From Glaucostegus cemiculus (Eukaryota), in the NCBI GenBank assembly GCA_976551045.1, contig CDPCPM010000029.1:21762001-21826000 (forward strand): a DNA stretch of 64,000 nt, read 5' to 3'. How positions within the stretch are numbered: the first letter of the stretch is position 1; every line of letters begins with the position of its first letter. Both the position numbers and the translations under genes were made by a program. Positions 1 through 12,218 of this stretch are shown here, piece by piece. Under the pieces are notes generated by a model, which saw only the letters and a list, made by a program, of their open reading frames with translations, had not been told where the DNA came from and did no database searches.

Positions 1-196
1 GTTGCTACACTGCAGTTCCCCTTCCCCGGTGAAATTTAACATCAGCAGATTGTAGTTAATTAATTAAATATAAACAGAAAGAAAAGATTCAGTGCTCAAA
101 GAAGGATACTTTTACACTTTTACCATGGACACTCTTCATCACATTTTCAATTTCTCTCTCATCTATTCATTCTATTGTTCATTCTCTTTCTCACAG

Positions 197-248
197 CTTT
201 AAGAATCAGGTGGCCCTTGTGAACTCTCAACCCTGCCCCTCAGGTTAA
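197..248 (+). CDS. Putative terminal coding exon of an unidentified upstream gene (...FKNQVALVNSQPCPSG*)
   Basis: A long pyrimidine tract ends in ...ctctttctcacag|C at 196/197. One frame runs to TAA at 246-248. AT-rich non-repeat sequence with several AATAAA (690, 771, 910, 933) follows. Reading frame is not verifiable. Confidence 0.4.
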
Positions 249-2397
249 TCCAGTTTTTTCCTCCCCGTTTTGCTCATTTGCCTGACTTGCCTCAGACTGT
301 TCTCTAGTCTCCTTTCACAGTTTAATCTGACTGCAAGGCTTCCCCATTTTCCAAGCATAATAATTCATCTCTGAAAAAACTGTGCATTGTAGGGGTTTTC
401 CAATAACATATTTGATCTTCTAACGATCCAGAAATACTGAGAGTGTTATCTGTTTTTTCTTAACTGAGATGATGTTATGCTATGCCAATGTAACAAAGCA
501 TATTACATCTACACTAAACAATATGGTAAAGTAACAGTTCTGTTTTGCAAGCCCATCAAATGGAACTGAAACCTTGAAAGTAACGCAACTGTTAGTTAGG
601 CTGTAAGAAATCTGTTTGCCTATTCTTTTCGTTCTGGCATGCCTCTAAATCTAATGCTCTTCTGATTGTTACCTGAAGAACTGAAGACAAATAAAAATAA
701 TGCTTTCTGAACTCATTACTGTTTTAAACAAGTATTCTTTACAAAGATATAAATCATTAATGTACCTAGAAATAAAAATAAAAGCATACATTGAATATTC
801 CATTTAATATGGTTATATTACTTTGTGAAATTTATATTCTGTTTTTGTTGAACTGGACAATTGTTTGCAATTCCATAATATCTATATGCAAAAACAACTT
901 GAAGCTTTTAATAAAACCAAACCCAATTTGAAAATAAATGTATACTAAAGATATACTGAATAGCTAAATCCATTTTGTAATTCATCATGTTCCAAATTAT
1001 AATTTATTGCTTCATTATTAATTTATACTTAAGTACCTTTCTCAAAGTAAAAAGCAACTGCATGGTCTGTGACCACATTTAGTTGACATAGCAATGAATA
1101 ATTACTTGGGAATCAATATGAAAATCATGTTTTGATTTATTGACCTACCAACATCAGGAAACTAGTACAATAAAATCAAATTAAATTATAATAAATTCAT
1201 AATCTGAAAAATTATTAAACTCCAGCTCCCTCTAAAGCAGAACTGCTGAATCTCACGGGATATTGTAGATTGGATTCAAAGTAATAAGGATATGGGGAAT
1301 TCCATTTGATAAAAATTTGTTTATTTTTTCCTCTCTGGAAGCAAAGGTAAAGGGAAGTAAAAATCACATTCGTTGATACATTCACCCAGACAGTTCTATC
1401 CTACATGTAAGAGGTACCTTTATTATCATGCTGCACTGCAAATATCGAACTCCAATAAGTTATACTTAATGTGAGTTAATGTGATTTCTCTTGTGGATTT
1501 TCTTTTTCAAGTGATAATGGCTATGCTATGAAATCATGAAATGCCTCTGAAGCTCAATTTTCCCTTGGTTCCTGTGCAGTTAACTGAGCAACATTCAGAG
1601 GATACTCCTGCATCTGATTTCAAAATGCAACATTTTGTGCTGTAATATTTCTGAGTGAAATGTGATGGAGTGACTCTGCTCTTTTACTTCTTTGTTCATT
1701 TTCTCTAAATGGATAGTAATTCCAGTTATCAATTTAAGGCTGGTGCCTGGGTGAGAGCGATATACTGTATATGCAGGTTGCAGATCTGAGTTATACCAGC
1801 AATCACCACAAAAGCATTTCCAAAAAGCTAAGCATTAGTGAAGATTGGAGGCTGATTATGAATAAAATTTCTGAATATAATTATGCTAATTTATGTGGCA
1901 TCTTGGCAATGTCATAAGCCTCACTGCACAAAAATGGACAGAAGCAAATTAATTCAACCATCTCAAATTTTGAAAGTTTTGATCTTCACTGTAAAAATCT
2001 AAACATTATGCAATTGGCTCCTGTTTCTTAGGCTAGGAAGGAAATCATGATATCGAGTGTCTCTGAAAATGTGAGATAGGAATTTGATGCTCCTTTTGCT
2101 TAAAGTTGTATTCCAACCAGGAAAGAAACGTGGAACATGCTATAAGGAGAAATATTAATAATTCCCATCTTTCCCAACAATTTTGCAGCAAGCTACAGTG
2201 CAACTACAGTCAAAAGACAGATAGATTAACAAAAATGAGGATCACTCATTTTCATGGGCAGCTTCAAGAATGACTGAATCCAGCATTCCTAAGTACCAGT
2301 CTCTCAATGGAATTCATATTTAAGGGGCTAGAGCCCTATTAACATCAATTTATGATCCTATAACTTATTTCAGGTGGTTTGTCAGGAACATCCGAAA

Positions 2398-2590
2398 GAA
2401 AATCAAAATACTGCAGACACTCAGCACTTCAGGTATCATCTATGGGGAAAAAAAAGAGTAAATGTTTCAGGTCAAAGAATCTTTGTCAGAATTTGATGAA
2501 CAGTTTTGAACTGAAGTGCTAATTTTGGTTCTCTTTCCACAGGTGCTGCCTGACCTGCTGAGTGTTTTGCACAATTTTCTATTTTCACCA
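2398..2590. mobile_element. Fold-back element made of two inverted Penelope-like terminal repeats
   Basis: The ...actcagcacttcaggtatcatct... arm faces the ...ggtgctgcctgacctgctgagt... arm, and both carry decayed hammerhead-like cores. Confidence 0.6.
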
Positions 2591-2627
2591 CATTTAAATG
2601 TGATGAATTTTCTATTTTCATCACATT

Positions 2628-3375
2628 CAAAGGGACTTGGGGGTGCTTGTAATGGATAACCTAAAGGTTAACCGCCAGGTTGGATCGGCAGTAAGGAAAG
2701 CGAATGCTATGTTGGCATTCATTTCGAGGGGTATAGTATATAAAAGCAAGGAAGTGTTGATGAGGCTATATGGAGCACTGATGAGGCCTCATTTGGAATA
2801 CTGTGTACAGTTTTGGGCCCCATTTCTTAGGAAGGATGTAGTGATGTTGGAGAGGGTTCAGAGAAGATTTACAAGGATGATTCCTGGGATGAAAAACCTT
2901 ATGTATGATGAGCGTCTGTCAGCACTTGGACTGTACTCACTGGAGTAAAGAAGAATGAGAGGGGACCTGATAGAAACATACAAAATGTTGTAAGGACGGG
3001 ACAGAGTAGATGTGGCCAAGCTGTTTCCCTTGGTGGGGGAGTCCAGGACCAGAGGGCACAACCTTAGAATTAGAGGGTGCAGGTTTAAAGCAGAGATGAG
3101 GAGAAATTTCTTTAGCCAGAAGGTGGTGAATTTATGGAATTCCTTGCCACAGAAAGCAGTGGAGGCCAGATCATTGGAGATATTCAAGAAGGAGATAGAG
3201 AGATTTCTAATTAGTCAAGGTATCAAGGGATATGGAGATAAGGCTGGAATTTGGGGTTACAATAAGTTTTTTTTCTTTTCTCCTCTCCCCTTTTTCCCCC
3301 CACACCCTTTCCCTTTGGAGCAGACTCGACAGACCGAGTGGCCTACTTCTGCCCCCCTGTCTTGTGATCTTGTGA
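2628..3375 (+). mobile_element. 5'-truncated CR1/HER1-type LINE (cttgtgat-tail subfamily)
   Basis: ORFs 2637-2948 and 3012-3380 carry the CR1 ORF2 C-terminal motifs RPHLEYCVQFW, LERVQRRFTRMI and RRNFFSQKVVNLWNSLP. In-frame stops are present, and the tail is cttgtgatcttgtga. Confidence 0.95.
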
Positions 3376-3439
3376 AATGAATATGGTACTAAATACATGG
3401 CAGCACACATCCAGTACGGGACAACCCAATAATGCTATT

Positions 3440-3741
3440 GGCAGACATGATAGCATAGTGGTTAGCATAATGCTTTACAGCACCAGCAACCCAGGTTCAA
3501 ATCCGGCCACTGTCCGTAAGGAGTTTGTACGTCCTCCCTGTGGCTGTGTGAGTTTCCTCCGGGTGCTCCAGTTTCCTCCCACATTCCAATGACGTACAGG
3601 TTAGGAAGTTATGGGCACGCTATGTTGGCGCTGGAAGTGTGGCAACACTTGTGGGCTGCCCCCCAAAATCACTACGCAAAAGATGTATTTCACTGTGTGT
3701 TTCAATGTACATGTGGCTAATAAAGATTTTATCTTATCTTA
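3440..3741 (+). mobile_element. tRNA-derived V-SINE (HE1-like), Rex1-type tail
   Basis: A box tagcatagtgg, B box ggttcaaatcc, V-domain tttcctccgggtgctccagtttcctcccaca, tail ...catgtggctaataaag. Confidence 0.9.
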
Positions 3742-3889
3742 CTAGTACAGAGAAGTGCCTAAAAATTTGGTCAAAACACACTCATACTTCCATCACTATG
3801 TCCCTGAATTTCCTCAAAGACTGAAATGCTGCTGTGGAAGTTGAAGAGTAGAGAATAAGTGGGGAGTAGTCAGCAGAGATGAGAGAACT

Positions 3890-4420
3890 CCCTACCAGAT
3901 GGAATTTTCACATGCAACTAGGGGAGGTGCAATATCCATCCTCTCACCTCTTCCTTTCCCGCCATCCAGAGTCCCAAACGTTCTTTCCAGATGGAGCAGT
4001 GATTCATTTGCACTTTTTCCAATCAAGTCCACTGTACCTGAGGAGTACTGTGCACACCGTGGTCTCCTCTACATTGGAGAAACCATATTCAGATTGAGTG
4101 ATCACTTTGCAGAACACTTGTGCTCAGTCCACAAGAGTGACGCTGAGTTTTCAGTTGCCTGCTACTTTAATTCACCACACCATTCCAACTTTGACCTCTC
4201 TGTCTGTGGCCTCCTATAGTGTTACAACGAGGCCCAACACAAGCTCGAGGAACAATACCTCATCTTCTATCTGAGCACATTGCAGCCTGCAGAACTCAGT
4301 GTTGAATTCTCCAACTTTAAATACTTGTTCTTTCTTTATGTATGTATCAAGGTTGGCCATTTTTGCCTGCAGTCCGTTTTCTTTCCTTTGCACTTTCTGA
4401 CCTGCTGGGCATGTCCCATT
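3890..4420 (+). mobile_element. Penelope-like element fragment (GIY-YIG endonuclease C-terminus)
   Basis: ORF 3899-4219 reads GLLYIGET..RLSDHFAEHL..VACYFNS..HS..DLSVCGLL, followed by KLEEQYLIF.L..LQP. Confidence 0.85.
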
Positions 4421-4453
4421 AAGCCAGCCTATACACAATACCCTGATTTATAT

Positions 4454-4746
4454 GATATCTTTATTAGTCACACGTACATTGAAACACACAGTGAAATACA
4501 TCTTTTGCATACAGTGTTCTGAGGCCAGCCCGCAAGTGTCACCATGCTTCTGGTGCCGACAAAGCATGCCCACAACTTCCTAAGCCGTACATCTTTGGAA
4601 TATTGGGGGAAACCGGAGCACCCGGAGTAAACCCACGCAGACACGGGGAGAACATAGAAATCTTTACAGACAGTGACCTGGAATTGAACCCTGGAAGTTG
4701 GCACTGTAATAGCATTATGCTAACAACCACACTACCGTACCTGCCC
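4454..4746 (-). mobile_element. V-SINE (HE1-like), Rex1-type tail
   Basis: Reverse complement of the 3440-3741 family (ggaaaccggagcacccggagtaaacccacgcagacacggggaga). Confidence 0.9.
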
Positions 4747-5530
4747 AACATCGGCAACACATTACACAAACAAAGGAAATTAACTGCCCCTTAAAGGCCA
4801 CATCTTATCAGAGAAACCCCTTTTGTACTACCCACTGCCCCCTCCCCCACTTTCTCTGCTATCTAGACTAATTTGTTTCCCTCTTTCTAATGAAAGGTCT
4901 CAGATCTGAAAGATTAACTGTTTCGCTTTCCACAAATGATTTCTTACCTGTTTTGTTTGTTCAGAACAAGTGCAGAAATAAGAACAGAAATTGTTCAAAA
5001 TATTTAGCAGATCAGGCAGCATCGATGCAGACAGAAACACGCATTTGGGATTTCAGATCAATGGCCTTTCATCAAAAGGGACATAAAGAAGCTGAAATTC
5101 CAAAGGGGATCTCCTATGTTCTATCATAACTTAGAGTCACAGAGCAATACTGCAAGGATACAGGCTCTTCAGCCCAACAAGTCCATGCTGACCGCAGTAT
5201 CCAACCAGCTATCCTAATTTCCTGCATTCAGCCGATATCCCTCTAAGCATACCCGCCATGTACCTATCCAAGTGATTTTTAACTTCAGTAGGAAATGAGT
5301 AAAAGGGCCCAGTTGAAATGGCAGAGTTACTGTGGGAAATTAAGAGTATCCACATAAAATCTCAGTACTGAATTTCTTATATACAGCCACAAATAATGTG
5401 GCAGATTAACCATAAGAGAGATAGTGATACATCTCACTTTAAACCATTACTCATTATGATCCAGCAGTCCAATGTCCATTAACAATTTATTGATTTTTCA
5501 TGAAATTTGAAAACAAGGATGTATTCTTTT

Positions 5531-6645
5531 CAGAATCAGAATCAGAATCAGTTTTATTGTCACAACCATATCCATACATAGTATGCATAGGAGCGAGATA
5601 CCGTCCTCCTCAGGTGCTCGTCCCATAAAATAACAACCAACAGAGACACACAGACACACTTAACAGAATAAACATTAAAAAACATTAAACATTAAAAATT
5701 ACGGAAGTTAAAATTAAATTAATACGCAGATTAAATTAAAAATGGCCGGTAAGTAAATAGTTATTAAAGTGAATGGGCTGGTGGCGGGCATTTAAAGTGC
5801 TGGTGCATTTCTGTGCACCTAGCATCTCTTAGTGTTAACAAGGAAGATGGAGGGATGAGAGAGTTTGCAGTTCTGATGGCTTGCGGAAAGAAGCTATTGT
5901 TCAGCCTGGTCGTTCTTGCCCTGATACATTTAAGCCTCCTCCTTGATGGCAAAATTGTAAAGAGGTGATGGGAGGGGTGAGAAGGGTCGGCCATTATGCT
6001 TTTGGTCTTCCTCACACAATGGTCTTTGTATATGTCTGCGAGGGATGGAAGCGAGACACCTATGATCCTCTCCGCAGCCCTAACTATCCTCTGGAGGGAC
6101 TTCCGCCCAGCAGCTGAGCAGCTTCCAAACCAAACAGTGATACATTGGATTAGGATGCTCTCAATGGTCCCTCTATAGAAGGTTTTCATGATGGAGGGAT
6201 GGGAGTTCGCTTTCTTCAGTCTCCGCAGGAAGTAGAGGCGTTTCTGAGCCTTCTTCGTGAGGGCCGTAATGTTAGTGGACCAGGTCAGGTCGTCGGTGAT
6301 GTGCACCCCCAGGAACTTGGTGCTGCGTACTTGTTCCACAGCAGATCCGTTGATGGTCAGCGGGGCGTGCACACGGTGACCCCTCCTAAAATCCACTATC
6401 ATCTCCTTGGTTTTATCCACATTCAAGGAGAGGTTGTTGTCATAGCACCACACGGCTAGTTGTTTCACCTCCTCTCTGTAGTCCGACTCATCGTCATCCG
6501 TGACAAGACCCATCACTGTCGTGTCATCGGCAAATTTGACAATGCGGTTGGAGCTGGACTTGGCCTCACAGTCGTGAGTCAACAAGGTGAACAGGAGCGG
6601 ACTGAGCACACAACCCTGTGGGGAGCCAGTGCTCAGTATGATGGT
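5531..6645 (-). mobile_element. 5'-truncated Rex1/Babar LINE, relatively young
   Basis: Uninterrupted 281-aa ORF 5764-6609 with [40 protein letters not shown] and KKAQKRLYFLRRL. The (ATTCTG)n tail is at 5531-5551. Confidence 0.95.
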
Positions 6646-8559
6646 GCTTTCTATCTCACTCTAGATGTTACTTCTACTGTCTTCAAAAATCAAGTAAAGT
6701 TAATGTGACTGCATCTGATATAGTAGCTAAGACTTACTAAAACAGATTTTCTATTCAATCCCAGAGTTATTACCAATTTATAAGATAGTAAATAGGTAAT
6801 AGTATAGCCTAGATGATAAAAGTGAACTTTCACCAATGGAAGTGACCTAAAACACTGATCTCTCAAGAAATATGAGTATCAAGCACTATTCAGAAACATG
6901 CAGTAAATGCTCAATTGAAATAATGGAGAAATGGTTTAAACCTGAAGAAATGAAGTGCTTGTGCAATAACATCACTCACAATAATTTCTGCTTTATGACC
7001 AGGCTGCTTCTTTATGATGACAGAATTTCTTAGAATCAGGTTCAATTCACAAGAATACAGAAATGCTGCAGTTAACTTGGGCATCAGATTTTGCAAATCT
7101 GTCAAATATTTCAAGAAATTAAGCATCAATGAGACCTCAAGTATACAGGTCTGTTGGATAATAGTTAAAGATAAAGTTCTACACTGCATTCAGTTTCACA
7201 GGACTAAAATTGGAAATTAAAAATATACTGTTGATGCTAATATTGAAATGAATTCCTCTGTCTTTTATTTTGCCATCGAGTTATTTTACAAAAATTTTCC
7301 AGCTTTTTCATCACTGAATTTATGACTGGTATCACTAATGCAATTGGAACCCTTTGAAATCTACTGCACTGAATCTAAGTTCATGCCATGTTGTTTTAAA
7401 GTAAGTATGTCACAAAAGGTACCACTTTTTTTTATTGCAATGAAACGTTGCAGAATATTGCAGAGCACCTCTACAGGAAACCACTTTCTCTATCTTTATG
7501 TTGGACCATAAGTGCTCACATGCCCCACATTCACTGAATGATAAAATAAATCAATAAGTTTAGAAAAAAAAATATTTTCAACTCTGCTTTGTATAGTTGA
7601 CATTCTTCCTTCTTCAAAAGTTTTAGCAAACAAAATCAGACCAAGTGTCATTATGACTAAACTGCTTACAGTATTAATCATCTACCTATTAACTATCTAC
7701 ATATAACAATGTTTCCATTAAGAAGCAACGACCACATGCTTCTGGTGAATTTATACACAGATAGGATGATACCAGAAAATATATTACCTAAAACTCCCAT
7801 TTAACCCTCTGCATAAAACCACTATCTAAATTTGTAAAGCCTGCATGCTATTAGAACAGAAAATGCTAGAAACATACAGGCAGCATCAATGAAGAGAGAA
7901 AAAATGGACCTTGAGCAAAAGTTTTCTTGAATTGGCTCACCATCTGTGTTTGCCTCTCACATACCAGTTATATCTACCCTTACCCTGAGTAGGTTCCTCA
8001 GGAAAGCTAACTCTAAACTGATAAGTGGAACAGAAATGCTTTAGCAGCCAGTGAAGACGTACTGCCCACCCCATCTCTGCTGAACTAGCTGTTAAACTGT
8101 CCAATGGTTTGAAGATTTGTGAATGTTTGATAGTCACAAACATATAAAAATGATTTAAATACTATTAAAAATGAAAACTGAGAAGCCCAGCATCAGCACA
8201 GTTGACGTGGCAACAGTGATCAGCTGTACATAAGATCAGCACTTCCAGGTATGCAAAGTTTTGCCTGGGAATTCTGCACTTCCTACAGTCTTGGGGCTTT
8301 CGTCGGAAACTGCTAACTTTTTGGTAGAAATCTTAAAGCATTGTTTCAGGAAGATGTCCTTCCATCTGATAATCACTAACCAGAAACTAACTAATTTCTT
8401 ACCCCTCAAACTTATTATTTCCAAATAAGTTGTAATAAATGTGGAAAATTGAATTTCAGATGTTGGCTTGACCACATAGATTAAGCAATCCATGGAAACC
8501 AGTGTACTAGCTAAGGCTAAGTGGAGGTATGTAAATTACTTAGCAACGTATGCTGATTA

Positions 8560-8900
8560 TAGAGTCACATGGTAGTACAGCACAGAAACAGGACCTTTGA
8601 CCCACAGAGTCTGTGCCAACCATCAAGCACCCACTTTACACTTATGCTGCATGATTCCCATTTTATTAACCTGACAATCCCATCAACTCCCTCCAGATTC
8701 CACCAATTGGCTACAAACCAGAGGTATTTACACTAGCCATTTAACCTACCAGCTCTTGGGATATGGGAGGAAAATCTGGTGGCTCATGGAAACCCATACA
8801 GTCACAGGGAGAACACACAAACTCCACAGAGACAGCCCTAGAGGTCAGGATTAAACCTGGGACACTGGAGCTCAATTAAATGTGCCACTGCACCATCCAT
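8560..8900 (-). mobile_element. Older V-SINE copy with CR1-type tail
   Basis: Diverged V-domain (gggaggaaaatctgg...gaaacccatacagtcacagggagaac) and a CR1-like 3' end. Confidence 0.75.
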
Positions 8901-9745
8901 GATCATCTCAGGATTATCACATTGAAGTAACATTTTTGAGCTCCTCATGTGACCCTGCAACTTTATCTACTGACCTGCTGAATCATCTAAACTAGGAATA
9001 TGTTGCATTTAAGGTTTGATTGGCATTAAATTACCAATCTTCAGCGTGATGAAATGCATACTACAAACAGTATTAATGCATCTAGGCTCTGGATCAGGGA
9101 AGTGGGGAGAGAATTCCATTCCTTTTCATTATCCAGCCATTTTCCAGGAACTACAAGTGTGTGTAAGTTGAATGAGGCCAAATGATATGACCGCCCCCAT
9201 CCCTGCTCAAATGTAGATAGTCACAAGCTAACAACCATCACTTAGGAGAAGCCTCATCTCAGCGGAATTATGACTCATCAAGGGTGATAACTTTGAAGGT
9301 GAAGAAAATAGAGAGGGAACTGATAAAAAGAAAAACTGTAGCTTTATTTCAAAACTAATCCAGCAGCACAAAAAGAAAGTATGTTATCCACACTTTTTTC
9401 TTATCATTTTCAAAATTCAGACCTTGCTAAAGCTGAACTTGTCACTATCCAAAAGAACTGTTCAGAAGAATGGAACTAAAGTGCATCAACAATTGAAACA
9501 CTGAAGCATTAGGTGGTTTAATGCTTTCTGAAGTTAGCTGCTCCCAAACATTAGTGGCCAATTGATTGACAGGTTTAGAACACTAAGGTTTGAAAGGAAC
9601 CATAAAAATAATGACACACATCACCAGAGGTGAGATAACATACCTAAAAGCATCTTCTAGATTTCAGCTTTGACTTCTGTTGAAAATATCTTTAAAGTGG
9701 ACTCTACTTTTGTAAAAGGATATTTCAAAGTGTGTAGCGACTCAC

Positions 9746-9805
9746 GATATCGGGATCTGAAACGCCATCGGCCGTCGCGGGGAAACGCGCGAGTTCCCGC
9801 GACAG
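9746..9805 (-). other. Putative first exon of a divergent minus-strand transcript
   Basis: The minus strand reads ccgATGGCGTTTCAGATCCCGATATC|GTGAGT, with ATG at 9768 and donor at 9745. Confidence 0.5.
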
Positions 9806-9844
9806 TGCCGGAAGGCGGGACTTCCGGTGGGAGTATGACGTCAC

Positions 9845-9890
9845 TTCTGCCGGCCATGTTTTTTGTAGTTTGGGATATACGCAGCTTTTG
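9845..9890 (+). other. Putative first exon of a + strand transcript (start approximate)
   Basis: Lies immediately downstream of the ETS/CRE motifs. GCCATG at 9856, donor TTG|GTAAGT at 9890/9891. Confidence 0.65.
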
Positions 9891-10927
9891 GTAAGTTATT
9901 AAAAATGTGTTCGATCGAGTCTCCGTGTCCTCGTGTTCTTTTAAGTCACACCCTGCTGGCTGCTACAAGTGCAACTGGGATTACCTCCTTCATGAACGTG
10001 ATATGATCAATCTAACATTTGATCCTGATGCTTCAGTTTTTTAATTGGCAAAAAAAAACTAAATCCAAGACAACTGAATCATAATTGTAGAGAAATAGCT
10101 CAGCAATAGAAAACAGAGGGTAGTGGTGGGGGGTGTTATTCTAATTGGAGGTCTGTGATCAGCCGTGTTCCACAGGGATCAGTGCTGTAAGCTCCGTTGT
10201 TTGTGATATACATAAATGGTTTGGACAAAAATGTAAGCGGTCTGATGTGTAAATTTGCAAGAGACATGAAAATTGGCAATAGTTGTGGACACTGAGGAAG
10301 ATTGTCAAAGTATACAGCAGAATACGGATCAGTTGCAAGTATGGGCAGGGAAATGGCAGATAGAGTTTAATCCAGACAAGTGTGAGGTATTGCAATTTGG
10401 GAGGTCAAATATAAGAGGAAAGTATGCCGTAAATTGTAGGACTCTTAGGAGCATTGATATGCAGAGGGATCTTGGGGTGCATATCTATAGTTTCTTGAAA
10501 GTGGCAACAGAAGTAGATAGGGTGGTAAAGAAGGCATGCAGCATGCTTGCCTTTGTTGATCAGAGTATTATGGGTAAAAGTTGGCAAGTCCTGTTGCAGC
10601 TATGAAAAACTTTGGTTAGGGCATATTTGCATTATTGTGTGCAGTTCTGGTTGCCATATTACAGGAAGGATCTGAAGGTTTTGGAAAGTGTGCAAAAGAT
10701 GTTCACCAGCATGCTGCCTTGATTAGAGAGTATTAGCTACAAGGAGAGCTTGGATTGTTTTCTCTGGAGCTTTGGAGGCTGAGGGGTGACCTGATAGAAG
10801 TTTATACAATTATGAAAGTATAATCTTTATCCCAGGGTGGAAATGTCAAAGACTAGATGGCATAGGTTTAAGGTGAGAGGGAGAAATTTTAAAGGGAATT
10901 TGCAAGGCCAAGTGGGTGTGTGTATAT

Positions 10928-10931
<4 letters not shown>

Positions 10932-10975
<44 letters not shown>
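10932..10975. repeat. (TA)n microsatellite
   Basis: Perfect TA run. Confidence 0.95.
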
Positions 10976-10982
<7 letters not shown>

Positions 10983-11033
10983 GGAGAGGGAGAGGGGTAG
11001 GGGGAGGGGGAGGTGGAATGAATGGTGGTGGAA

Positions 11034-11391
11034 TATTAGCCTAAAATAGATACATAAATTTAGGTAAAATATTCATGGTTGCGGGATGTTATGTCATATT
11101 TAAATTTGAATTACTTTCAAAGCCACTTAATGTACAGGTATTGGCCAATACTACTATGTCTTTAGGATGCTATTAAACAGCTTTGGTTTTGGTAGTGGGG
11201 TTAGATTTTTTTTATAATAAGATTATTCCAATTTAGCAATATCAACTGATATCTTTTTTGTTTAACAATACGAAGCATTGTGATTTCTAGAGTGATACAA
11301 TATAATCTACTTTGTAGCATTTTCTTTTTTTTTCCCTTTGTTTCATGCATTTTGAACTTCTTAATTAATAAAAATATTGAAAAAGAAAAGA
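11034..11391 (+). mobile_element. 3' fragment of an L1/Tx1-clade LINE
   Basis: Encodes WLRDVMSYLNL (fish L1 ORF2 C-terminus-like). T-rich 3'UTR, AATAAA and a GAAA-rich tail. Flanked by gaatggt(g/a)gtggaa at 11020-11033 and 11392-11405. Confidence 0.7.
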
Positions 11392-11458
11392 GAATGGTAG
11401 TGGAAGCAGTATAAAAGCAACACTTAAGAAGCATTTAGACAGGCACATGAACATGCAC

Positions 11459-12218
11459 ATGAACATTGTATCTGCCTCCACTACCATCCCTGGCAGCACA
11501 TTCCAGTCATCCACCACTCTCTGTGTAAAAAATCTTGCCCCGTACATCTCCTTTGAACTTTCCCCCTCTTATCTTAAATTCATGCCCTATAGTATTAGGT
11601 ATTTTGACCCTGGGAAGAAGATAGCAACTGTTTGCTCTATCTATGCCTCTCATAATTTTATAAACTTCTATCAGGTCTCCCCTCAGCCTCCAGGCATCAT
11701 CCATGGAGGGAAATAAACAATTGACAGAAATGTCGACTGTTTATTTCCCTCCATAGATGCTGCCTGACCTGCTGAGTTCCTCCAGCATTTTATGTGTATT
11801 TCTCCAGACTCCAGCATCTGCAGAATCTCTTGTGTCCCCTCAACCTCCACCGCTGCAGGAAAAAAAAACCTGGTTTGTCCAACCTCTCCTTTTAGCACCT
11901 GCCCTCTAATCCAGGTAGCATCCTGGTAAATCTCTTCTGCATCCTCTCCAAACTCCTCACATCCTTCCTATAATGGGGCAACCAGAATTGAATGCAATAC
12001 TCCAGATGCGGCAGAACCAGAGTTCTATAAAACTGCAACATAATTTCCTGACTCTTGAACCGAATGCCTTGACTGAAAAAGTCAAGCGTGCCAATACACC
12101 CTCTTTATCAGCCTATTGACCTGTGCGGTCACTTTCAGGGAGCTATGGACTTGGACCCCAAGATCCCTTTATACATCAATGCTGTGTAAATGGTCCTGCC
12201 GTTAACTGTGTATTTTAT
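11459..12218 (-). mobile_element. CR1 LINE fragment, antisense, nested in the older CR1
   Basis: ORFs 11365-11547 and 11507-11704 carry FFTQRVV..WN.LP and RLRGDLIEVYKIMRG. Confidence 0.85.
11693..11835 (+). mobile_element. Penelope terminal-repeat mini-insertion with hairpin
   Basis: Inverted repeat atggagggaaataaaca/tgtttatttccctccat and the PLE-type end gatgctgcctgacctgctgagttcctccagc. Flanked by ccctca(g/a)cctcca. Confidence 0.75.

Larger units (their letters stand above)
9736..9896. promoter_or_regulatory. CpG-rich bidirectional housekeeping-type promoter
   Basis: The only CpG-dense non-repeat patch in the window. It contains inverted ETS/GABP sites CCGGAAG (9808-9814) and ACTTCCGG (9820-9827), GGCGGGAC, a full CRE TGACGTCA (9836-9843), YY1-like GCCATGTT (9853-9860) and E2F-like TTCCCGCG. 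Donors are GTAAGT (+, 9891) and GTGAGT (-, 9745). Confidence 0.8.

Noticed and set aside
3440-3515. tRNA gene
   Set aside because: The A and B boxes belong to SINE heads; there is no cloverleaf.
8203-8222. Minus-strand gatcactgttgccacg, recalling part of SCARNA13/U93
   Set aside because: A short match recalled from memory only. The complementary arm and the rest of the scaRNA are absent.
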